Of a DNA stretch of 64,000 bases, positions 55,548 to 64,000 are shown one piece after another. The position numbers were made by a program, and so were the translations under genes. The notes beneath the pieces were generated by a model that worked only from the letters and a program-made list of their open reading frames with translations, was not told the origin of the DNA and did not search any database. Within the stretch, counting starts at the first letter, position 1; each line of letters begins with the position of its first letter. The stretch covers positions 1 to 64,000 of the IMG/VR virus record IMGVR_UViG_3300034349_000079. The stretch is one strand, 5' to 3'. This stretch comes from a virus (lineage: Duplodnaviria; Caudoviricetes).

Positions 55548-55635
55548 CGTATTCTCCAAACAGGTGGTTAGTGGAAAGGCCCACGCACAAGGCGCGAGCC
55601 TTACTCCTAGCGCGAAGCGCAAGCGCAAGCGCAAG

Positions 55636-55989
55636 CTAAAGCATCGAAGTTTTCCAACCATCGGGAAGATGGACATTGTCAGGACAGCCCTTAAAGAGCG
55701 GAGCGATCTGGCTCGGTTTGAAACCAGCTAGACCGCAACCTATCGCAGTCACTTTGAAAGTGAGACCAGGGTTAAGGCGGGCGTAGTCAAGGAAGCGATC
55801 AACGCCAACCTTGACTTGCTCTACGGTAATGGCCGGATAACCTGGTCTAAGTTCTTTCGTGATAATGCCATAAGCATTACCTTGGCGGCCTTCGGCCTGG
55901 CCATAAATCGCTCCATACTGTAGACGAGCGGTCAGGGCCGCACCCTTACCATGACGGCCTTGCGGGTTTGAGCCAAATACGAACACCAT
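55636..55989 (-). CDS. A1S_2505-family protein, paralog 3
   Basis: VFVFGSNPQGRHGKGAA...IGCGLAGF. Confidence 0.8.
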   Translation of the reverse strand: MVFVFGSNPQGRHGKGAALTARLQYGAIYGQAEGRQGNAYGIITKELRPGYPAITVEQVKVGVDRFLDYARLNPGLTFKVTAIGCGLAGFKPSQIAPLFKGCPDNVHLPDGWKTSML

Positions 55990-56058
55990 AAAGATACTCC
56001 AGTTAGTGGAAAAGCCCACGCACAAGGCGCGAGCCTTAATCCTAGCGCGAAGCGCCTT

Positions 56059-56418
56059 TTAATCCGGATAGAGTGCAGGAACGCGTTCTGCAAGGAAGGA
56101 GCGCTCGCGCTCAGCCAACCAAGCGTTAACGTCTTCGATGCCATCAGGAACGTCGACGACTTCATAGTTGTCGCCCCAGTCGATCATATTGTCTTTGTAT
56201 TCCTGCTCGCTGCACCAAGCCAGGTTAGGTAGCACATAGATCCTGCCCGGCTTAGGAATGTAATCCGGCGGTCGTTTGGCTTTCAGAAGTTCATCGAAGA
56301 TCTCGCAGTAAACCGCGCGGTCTTCCTCTGAAAGTTCCAAAGTACTATTCCAAACCTTGAGATCAATCCCATCAAACAGGGCTTGTGCTAAGGCTTTAAG
56401 TTCTTCTCTCGTCATCAC
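56059..56418 (-). CDS. hypothetical two-module early protein
   Basis: AGGAG RBS; modules shared with neighbours. Confidence 0.65.
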   Translation of the reverse strand: MMTREELKALAQALFDGIDLKVWNSTLELSEEDRAVYCEIFDELLKAKRPPDYIPKPGRIYVLPNLAWCSEQEYKDNMIDWGDNYEVVDVPDGIEDVNAWLAERERSFLAERVPALYPD

Positions 56419-57390
56419 ATACTCCTGGGTTTAAAATTTAGGTTCTGGGCTTGCGTCCAGAACCATAAAGTCTATTTCTCGACGCGGTTGACATTCCAGG
56501 GCGAAATGGCCCAAGCCGTATCCTGTTCAGCCAGTTCTTCGGCAGTAAACTGCGCGCGATAAGCGGCTTTACGCTCGGCCTCACGAGCTTGGAGCCATGC
56601 GTCGATGTCATCTACGTCGCCAGGAACGTCGACAATTTCAAAGTCGTCGCGTGCATTCATGGCGACCTCGAGATCTTTCTCTTCGTCCTCGCTGATCCAA
56701 GACAGGTCCAGCCAGACATAAATTCTTGTTACGTTCATTGTTTAATACCCAGTTCGTCAAAAGGCTGAGTGTACCACTCAGTATTAGGATCAGCCTCAGC
56801 CAAAAGCTGGTCATAGGCTGCTTCAAACGCAGCACGCTCTTCCTTCGACAGAGCGGCGATAGACATCGTTATAGCGGCTGAAGTATCGTCGTTGAACACG
56901 GCATAAGCCAGGCTTTCAGGAGTCGCGTTCATCACATTCTCCAAAGGGTGGAGGCTCCAAGCTTGCGCCTGGAGCTTTATTGAGATCAATCTTCAGACAA
57001 GATTTAGCATGTGCAAGAGTCTTATCGACCTTATCTTGATTGCTGCAGTTTGATCCGAAAATCAAGAAACGAGGATTGAATGCTAAACCATTCTGTTTGA
57101 AGACTTTCAACCAAAGTTTTCTCCTATGCATTTGTTTCAGAACAGTGTTCTTACCAAAATGTATATTCCAGTTAAAACCTGTCAATTCATGCAGTAGTAT
57201 CTGGGCTCCTATAGCAATATCTCCTAATTCATCCATATTACGGTCTTCCAAGAACTCGGATATTTCTCCCAAGAGTTCTTTTACCGAATATGTACCACTC
57301 ACGTATTTAGCGCAGTAAGCAGTGATTTTCATATGTCACCACACATTGTGTAAGAATTTAGCTCCAAGCTTGCGCCTGGAGCCATAAGGT

Positions 57391-57666
57391 TCATTCGTTA
57401 GCGATACGTGCAAGCACGTCGCCATGACAGCGCTGGGGGTGGCACCAACAACCCAAGACTTTGCCACGAAGTTCACGCTTTGCCTTGGCAACGAGATCGG
57501 GTTGTGCCATCAACCACGCCTCGTATGCATCGACGGCCTTGTCTCGCGTCGCCACGCGGTGCTCGGCCAACGTACCAGCCTTGTGGCTGAATGGGTTGCC
57601 CCACGGGCCTGGCCGCCCAATGTACACATCATGTGCTTCTTTCTTACAGTGTACTACGTACTTCAT
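57391..57666 (-). CDS. DUF4326-domain protein
   Basis: DVYIGRPGPWGNPF...LRGKVLGCWCHPQRCHGDVLA. Confidence 0.85.
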   Translation of the reverse strand: MKYVVHCKKEAHDVYIGRPGPWGNPFSHKAGTLAEHRVATRDKAVDAYEAWLMAQPDLVAKAKRELRGKVLGCWCHPQRCHGDVLARIANE

Positions 57667-59738
57667 GATAACCTCGTTCTCCAGGGATGGAAGCTCCAGG
57701 CGCTTTGCACCTAGAGCCTTGTTGGGGTTAGAGCGGGAGTTCTAGCTGCCCGAACTCAATAGCAATAGCCTTGTTGGTCATATATCCATGAGTCTTGGGG
57801 AAAATCTCAGGGATCATGATTGCCAAGACGTTGTGAAGCAGGGTGTCGGTAGAACCGTACTTCTCAAATGTGTCATCATCGTAAGCGAGATTAACATTCG
57901 GAGAAGCTAGAGCATACCAACGCTTGTAAATCTGGGCGGCAATTGAATGTACAGGAGATGCCTTAAAGATCTCATAGCTTGGGACATCGGTATCGTAATC
58001 GGGATCAAGCTCAGCGGCAATCACTGTATCTTCGTTACCGTTGTACGGCACAGTTCGAAGCTGAACTTCGAGAACTCGAAGGGCGCTAACGACCTCAAGA
58101 CAACGGACAGAACCATCGATCAACATTGCCATGGAAGTACTCCAGGTTGGGAAGTGAGAACACAGGACAGGCGCGAGCCTTAATCCTAGCGCGAAGCGCT
58201 TGCGCCACACATTGTGTAAGGCTTCTAGGAGCTCGCGCTCCTAGAACCTTGAATTTAAAACAGGGATTGAGGCTCCAAGCGCTTTGCGCCTGGAGCCTTG
58301 TTATTAAAACGGACTTTCGTCGTCGTTGTCGTCGTCGATGACGGAACACGCTTCAATGTTCGTCATACCAAAATACGCATACCATTCGTTATTGAAGATC
58401 TGAAGCTCTTCGTCGGTCAAGGCAGCGATCTCTTTTGCCGGATACGTGCCTTCGTTATAAACGACCTTTCCAAATGCCTGAAAAGCCAGTGCAGTGATCT
58501 GTTCAACGGTCATGGTAATCTCCAACAGGGTCGGTGAAAGGTTCCAGGCTTGCGTCTGGAGCCTTGTTGTTTAGGCAAACAGAGCCAAGATGTCAGGATG
58601 AACCATCTTAGAACCGGTTGACAGACTGAACACGCCGCACTTAGTAGACACATAGCTGTGCCCATTATACTGGCGAGACTGCAGCGTCTTGACGACTTGC
58701 AGCTTGTCGACAGTAGGCGTACCGGAGAACTTTGCGCCGTGCTCATCGATGAGCTGGGCAAAACCGGACGTATTAGTGCGATAGTGCAAGAAATACTTGC
58801 CTTTGTACAAAACAACTGCGCACATAGCAGAACTCCAAGGTCGGTGGAAGGTTCGAAGTTCCTGTGACTAGACACAAAGAACTCCGAACCAAGTTGTTAG
58901 GACGCGATGCCTTCAGGGCCATCGTAGGGCAGCGGGCCAGCGGCAAGTGTATCCGCAACCATTGCAGCATACTCTGCCTTATAGTACGGAGCCTCGAACT
59001 GTTCTGCGACCAAGGCGATGTATTCGCGGTCGAGCTGTTCGAGCTCTGCGTCGAATGCCGCGCGTTCAGCAATAGGCACAGAGCCGCGAATAGCCTCGTA
59101 CTTGCAATACTCTTCCAAGGTGCGTGGCACTGGGGCATAGGCTTCTAAGGCAAGCTTGAAAATCTGTTCGACGTTCATGGATCTCTCCGGTATGTGGTGG
59201 GCGTGACGGTGTCACTCCTCACTAGCTGCGCAGCCGTAATCTTGGCGCGAAGCGCCTTTTCCATCATTTCATTGAACGATGATCGTGGATCCTTGAACGC
59301 GGTAGAATTCACCGGGTCCCCTCTTGGCTTGATAGTATCTTTTGAATCGAAGTGGGTCTATCTGTGCCTGGATGTAGGGAGGAGACTTGAACGTTAATGC
59401 CTCTCATTTCTACAGTTTTTTTAGTCACGAAAATAAAATAAAATTTTCTTGCGGCCCCACTATTAGAGTGGTATACTTTGTCCTTTAACGTAGGAGGGAA
59501 ATAATTCGGGCGTACACGTTGTATCTGGTCTACACACATGGTATAATCTTCAACCACACATTAGAAGATATATATATATATAGAGAAATTACGTGAAAAA
59601 AGTACCATTGAAAATACTTAGCTGGCGGGCTCCGAAGGCGCTACAAGACTACGTAGAAACATGCGCCAAAGAGGAGTTTCGCAGTGTAAGCAACATGCTT
59701 ACTGTCTTAGTCGAAGCAGCCAAAAAAGAGAGAGCCAA

Positions 59739-59975
59739 ATGTCAAACCTCGGCCACCGCACCGTAACAGCCATACTGCCACACGCGACAGTAAGACTCTT
59801 GGAAGCCTATGCGCTAAGAAACGGGTTGAGCCGGGCCAACGCGATTCTACGATTCATCGAGCAGGGTTTAGCCAGCGAAGGCTCTAAGATAGCCAAGACA
59901 ACAACGTACAATGACGAATGTGCCCACAACAAAGCGGGAATACCACGGCACTACGTGCTACGAGAACTACTATGA
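59739..59975 (+). CDS. ribbon-helix-helix-like regulator
   Basis: RTVTAILP...LLEAYA...GLSRANAILRFIEQGL. Confidence 0.6.
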   Translation: MSNLGHRTVTAILPHATVRLLEAYALRNGLSRANAILRFIEQGLASEGSKIAKTTTYNDECAHNKAGIPRHYVLRELL

Positions 59976-60169
59976 AAATGAATCCAGTAGAAAGACTTGC
60001 AACAAATCCTACAAGTTTGCGACTTGCTATTAACGCACGTTGCTACCAATGTGAGGGAGAAGACGCGGATCCTCACGTAAGACAGCGCATCAAAACGTGC
60101 CCATGCACTGATTGCGCCCTGTGGGGAGTAAGGCCGGGTTATAAAAAAGAGGTGATTGATGGAACTTAA
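59972..60169 (+). CDS. small Cys-rich phage protein
   Basis: AINARCYQC...C.CTDCALWGVRP. Confidence 0.65.
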   Translation: MKMNPVERLATNPTSLRLAINARCYQCEGEDADPHVRQRIKTCPCTDCALWGVRPGYKKEVIDGT

Positions 60170-60716
60170 TATCCCAGAATATGGTGATGAGCCACCTGAT
60201 GATGCAATTGCAGAGATTGCAAAAGTAGCCCCCGGTTTAACTTCCCAAGAACGTCTGTATGTTTACTGGCGGTCTATCGCGCTTCCTCCCGGGGCAGCTT
60301 TCCAGAAGGCGGGGTATGCTGGCACAGGGTGGCGAGCTGTAGAAACCAGACCGAAGATACGCGCAGCCTTGCAGGATCTCAACGAACTTCTAGAACCTGA
60401 CTACCGGATCACGCAGAAAAGAGTTGTAGGTATTCTGATGGAAGCTGTAGATATCGCCAGACGTAGAGACCAGGCGAAGAATCTCATCGAAGCTGCTGTT
60501 GCCCTTGCCAACGTTGCGGGTGTGATGTCTGCTACCAAGCTCCAGGTCAATGGTACCCACAACCATCTGCTGTCCGTCAGGCCAGAACTGGCGGCACTTC
60601 AGCTGCTTCCCAGAGTTGGTTTAGAAGAGTTAGTCGGCATAAGGCGCACCTTACCAGCTTTAATGCCTCCTGTCGAAGAAGGTGTCTTTGAGGAAGTTGC
60701 TGCGGCCCCCGCCTAA
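60156..60716 (+). CDS. terS: terminase small subunit
   Basis: HTH with A...AGY, PKIRAAL, ITQKRVV..L; upstream of TerL. Confidence 0.75.
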   Translation: MMELNIPEYGDEPPDDAIAEIAKVAPGLTSQERLYVYWRSIALPPGAAFQKAGYAGTGWRAVETRPKIRAALQDLNELLEPDYRITQKRVVGILMEAVDIARRRDQAKNLIEAAVALANVAGVMSATKLQVNGTHNHLLSVRPELAALQLLPRVGLEELVGIRRTLPALMPPVEEGVFEEVAAAPA

Positions 60717-60719
60717 TTA

Positions 60720-61760
60720 ACACATGTCGATAAACTTCAAACGGCACTGCCATCTGTGGGCCAGACATTTCAAAGTTTAATATTTGCGCGGCCGTACGTA
60801 GGCCAGACCGGTAAATAAAAAGCCTTTCAAAACAACTAGATAGCACCAAGAACATGGTGCCATCTAGAACATATAATTTGTATATATATATGTCAAACGG
60901 CAGCATAGTCCAGAAAACTCCCGACCAAGTTGGAATTCTCCCAAAACCTGCTCACCATGACGAGCGTTAGTTGCTTTTTGAACCATGTCAAATAAAGGGC
61001 CTCTACGGGCCTTTTCAGGGCGCCACATCCCCACCCTGTAGGAGTCTACGGGGGCAGTGCCAGGAGCGCTGTGGCGGGCGTGTGAGGGCCATTTTATGGG
61101 GTGTAGAAACGATGTCCGAGGTATATCGAGACCAAAAACTCAGAACCAAGTTGGAGGTTTGCAAAACCGTGTGTAAGCGGTTCACTGTGGGACGAAAACG
61201 GTGGTTTTAGAATCTAAATAAACAGCCTAAATCAGCAAAGTGTGTACAAATTACTTACACAGTTGATTATATTGGGTATTTTTTTCTGGATAGGAAAAAC
61301 TCTATAAAAAACAACGCTGTAAGTGGTTTTCAAAATGTAATGAAAGTGTAAAAAGTTGTTTTGGGCTCTTTCTAAATAAACTTTTTTCCTAAGTCCTTGA
61401 TTTATACATACTTAATGTATAAGAAGAGAAAGAAAAAATAAGGTTGTATTTGTAATTGATTTTAAAATTATAGATCTTTTTTTTTAAATTATAGATCTTT
61501 CTATATAGTTTACTATATAGAATAAATAAACTTGGTAAGTATTAAATAAAACACACTTTTTTTGAAGCCTCAGCTCTGGTAATATAGAAAACTCATTACA
61601 AATTACCGCCTTAAAAATCAAGCACTTACATAGTACAACACTTTACATTATATATCAATGACTTACAAATGCAGTCCTGAAAAAGGCCCTTATATTTAAA
61701 CCGACCAACGGCGCTACATAAACGTCTAAGTTATGGTACACTACCATCTTTACTTGGAGA
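60720..61760. other. AT-rich non-coding region (candidate packaging/origin site)
   Basis: no credible ORF; direct repeat AAATTATAGATCTTT x2; three AATCAA(T/G)N(C/A)CTTA-like motifs. Confidence 0.5.
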
Positions 61761-62097
61761 GATGATCAATGATACCCACACAAAAATGTACTATGTGCGG
61801 ATACGACCAACAATTTAGCGAGTTCCTAGGCAAATACCGGTCGAAGCAGTTCGTGGGTGTATGTAACACATGCCTCACAGTAGGACATGGTGGTAAGACC
61901 GCCACAGCACAACGAAACCCTGCTCCCAGCACCGACGAAAAGGTACTAAGGGACAGACAAATAAACGTTCTGACTGTTGCACTTGTGGTGCTTCAAAACT
62001 ACGAAGCCTCGCCAACGAGAGTCGAAGAAATCGACGATCTGCTAAAGACCATATGCGAAACTATAGTCCGTGCACTCCCAGATTGGAAACTATCAGA

Positions 62098-62568
62098 ATG
62101 AAAAAGACCGGCTTCCTGATAAAGCTTGAGTGGAAGAACCACCCACTGGCACGCGAGCCGCGTAGAGTACTAGCCGCCATGCTCAAGGTTCTAGGTTCTT
62201 ATCCCAGCGTCGAATGCGATAACCCATCACCTACTGGCTACACCCCCACTGACCTGCGGCGCCACCTGGAGAAGCTTTTCCAACCTGGCATGTCTTGGGA
62301 GAATTCCGATTCATGGCACCTGGAACATATCGTTCCAATTCACACAAATGTCACACTCGGAATAGTTGACTTAGAAAAGATACATGCCCTTAACAACTTC
62401 AAACTGGTGTGGGATAAACCAACCGTTCGGAATCAAAAACCAGAGGAATCAAATGATGCGCGAAGAGCCTACAACAGAATCTACATGCGGACCTATAGAA
62501 AGCGCCCGGAACAACTTGCCTACCAGCGAGAGTACAGAAAACCGCGAGGAAAGGGCCGCCCGTCGTAA
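62098..62568 (+). CDS. HNH-like endonuclease-associated protein
   Basis: LEKLFQPGMSWEN...WHLEHIVPI...NNFKLVW. Confidence 0.65.
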   Translation: MKKTGFLIKLEWKNHPLAREPRRVLAAMLKVLGSYPSVECDNPSPTGYTPTDLRRHLEKLFQPGMSWENSDSWHLEHIVPIHTNVTLGIVDLEKIHALNNFKLVWDKPTVRNQKPEESNDARRAYNRIYMRTYRKRPEQLAYQREYRKPRGKGRPS

Positions 62569-62693
62569 GTACATGAGGGAGTACATGAGGGTCTATTGTG
62601 ACAACGACGAGTTTCGTCATAAGCGCAAACTGTATATGCGTGCTTACAGGGCAGCAGCAGAACTGAAAGAGATGCAAAAGAGAGACGCTCGGC

Positions 62694-64000
62694 ATGTCTA
62701 GACCAATCATAGTTAAGTGCCCTCTCTGCAAGGACAAAGTAATCAAAGGGCACCTACAAGGTTCAGGGATCTGCGTACGATGCCACGAGGGCAAGGCAAG
62801 AGCCATTAGCGATGCACTGGCCGAAGCTTTCGTCGCTTCCTCCAACATGGAAGAAGAAGCACTCTCAATCTTCTTAAACCTGGAACGCCGCAAACAAGCA
62901 GTAATAAAACGTAAGGAGGACGCTGAATACAAACACGCCCTGGCAGTGGAAGAGAACCGCCTTCTTGCAATACATAGAGAGCAAGCCTCTGTTGCCTTGG
63001 CTCGTAGATCTCTTCTCCATTATGTGGAGCGTAGGATTAAGAATTATCAGACAGGGTGGTTGCACGAGGATATTGCGCGGCGAATCGAAAAGTTTGTGGA
63101 GGGTGTAGAAAGAGGAGAGTCGCCACGATTAATACTCTCGATTGGGCCACGTCTGGGCAAGGCCCTGAAAAATAAGGAGAAAATTCTTACCGCAAACAGA
63201 GGCTGGATAACGCACGGAGAGCTCAAAGTGGGTGACCTAGTGTTTGGGTCAAATGGAAAACCCACTGAAGTAGTAGCAGTTGGACAAGAGATCTACGATC
63301 TAGACCACGAAATCGAGTTCCAAGGTGGTCAGAAACTAACAGCTCACGCTGAGCACGAGTGGTTTATACGTAGAATATCAAGAAACCGCGAGTGGGACAT
63401 AGTAGAAACTAAGCACTTGGTGACTTCGGCACGCACCGGAAAACCACTACTGCAGGTTTTTGGGCCTCCGGGAAAAAGAGGTTCTCAATTCGCCTTTGCC
63501 GTGCCATGCACTCCTTCATTAATCTACCAAGAGAGTATTCTACCAATGGATCCGTACGTTATGGGAGCTATTCTTGGAGACGGTTGTTCAGTAGACGCGA
63601 GAATAACTCACCATAAAGACGAGAAGGAGATTATACGAGAGATTGAACGTAAAGGATACGTTCGTACTAGTACATCTTATTATACGGCCGCTGGATCAAG
63701 TAACACCAGATTCGGAAACACTGGCGGAAGGCATTCATCAAGAATGTTACGTGAAATGAAAAGCTCTGGTATTTATGGGAATAAGCATATTCCTAGAGTT
63801 TACTTTGCTTCATCCGAACGCCAACGCCTGGAGCTACTTGCCGGGCTTATCGATACGGACGGAACAGTCTGTAAGTCAACCTCTAGAGTATCAATCTCGA
63901 CCTGTAGTGATCAACTAAGAGACGACTACGTAGAACTTATACGCAGTCTCGGTCAGCGTCCCTACGTGTGCACTACGCAACCATGTCTATCCACATCTGG
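62694..64000 (+). CDS. terL: terminase large subunit (partial, runs off window) containing an intein
   Basis: open frame MSRPIIVKC...PRLILSIGPRLGK (Walker A), then intein; absent from the ORF track because it has no stop in the window. Confidence 0.85.
   Translation, partial: MSRPIIVKCPLCKDKVIKGHLQGSGICVRCHEGKARAISDALAEAFVASSNMEEEALSIFLNLERRKQAVIKRKEDAEYKHALAVEENRLLAIHREQASVALARRSLLHYVERRIKNYQTGWLHEDIARRIEKFVEGVERGESPRLILSIGPRLGKALKNKEKILTANRGWITHGELKVGDLVFGSNGKPTEVVAVGQEIYDLDHEIEFQGGQKLTAHAEHEWFIRRISRNREWDIVETKHLVTSARTGKPLLQVFGPPGKRGSQFAFAVPCTPSLIYQESILPMDPYVMGAILGDGCSVDARITHHKDEKEIIREIERKGYVRTSTSYYTAAGSSNTRFGNTGGRHSSRMLREMKSSGIYGNKHIPRVYFASSERQRLELLAGLIDTDGTVCKSTSRVSISTCSDQLRDDYVELIRSLGQRPYVCTTQPCLSTS
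63162..64000 (+). mobile_element. Ala1 intein with LAGLIDADG endonuclease (partial)
   Basis: ALKNKEKILTANRGW...GELKVGDLVFG, block B AHAEHEW, PYVMGAILGDG, LLAGLIDTDG. Confidence 0.85.

Noticed and set aside
810-58867. Numerous short plus-strand ORFs in the track across the minus-strand region
   Set aside because: They overlap well-supported minus-strand genes, lack RBSs and show no motifs.
1-64000. Stop-codon reassignment (TGA or TAG recoding)
   Set aside because: Long genes are intact under code 11, TGA and TAG terminate many genes, and there is no canonical suppressor tRNA. The single in-frame TGA (26558) is best read as a lesion.

Overview
A 64-kb segment of a large lytic dsDNA phage genome. 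Almost everything from 0.3 to 59.5 kb is on the minus strand. In genome order it holds: a replication/nucleotide module (DNA ligase, ThyA, rIIA/B, nucleases, family A DNA polymerase, primase-helicase, RNA ligase, phosphoesterases); about 14 canonical tRNAs; a TerB/vWA/Ro60 (TROVE) stress module; a single-chain DFDGD-type two-barrel RNA polymerase; and an early region of small genes separated by repeated hairpin motifs. The plus strand takes over at about 59.7 kb with TerS, an AT-rich gap and an intein-containing TerL that runs off the window. The most striking content is non-coding. Upstream of Ro60 is a battery of Y-RNA-like elements in three architectures: six linear ones, two circularly permuted ones ending in an acceptor-like stem with CCA, and three tRNAs with a Ro-binding-type helix grafted into the anticodon arm. 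There are also two D-stemless G3:U70 mini-tmRNA-like RNAs, several oversized tRNA-framed RNAs, and a tandem array of six H-type pseudoknots. All RNA structures were folded by eye and all protein families were recognised from motifs; no database searches were run.
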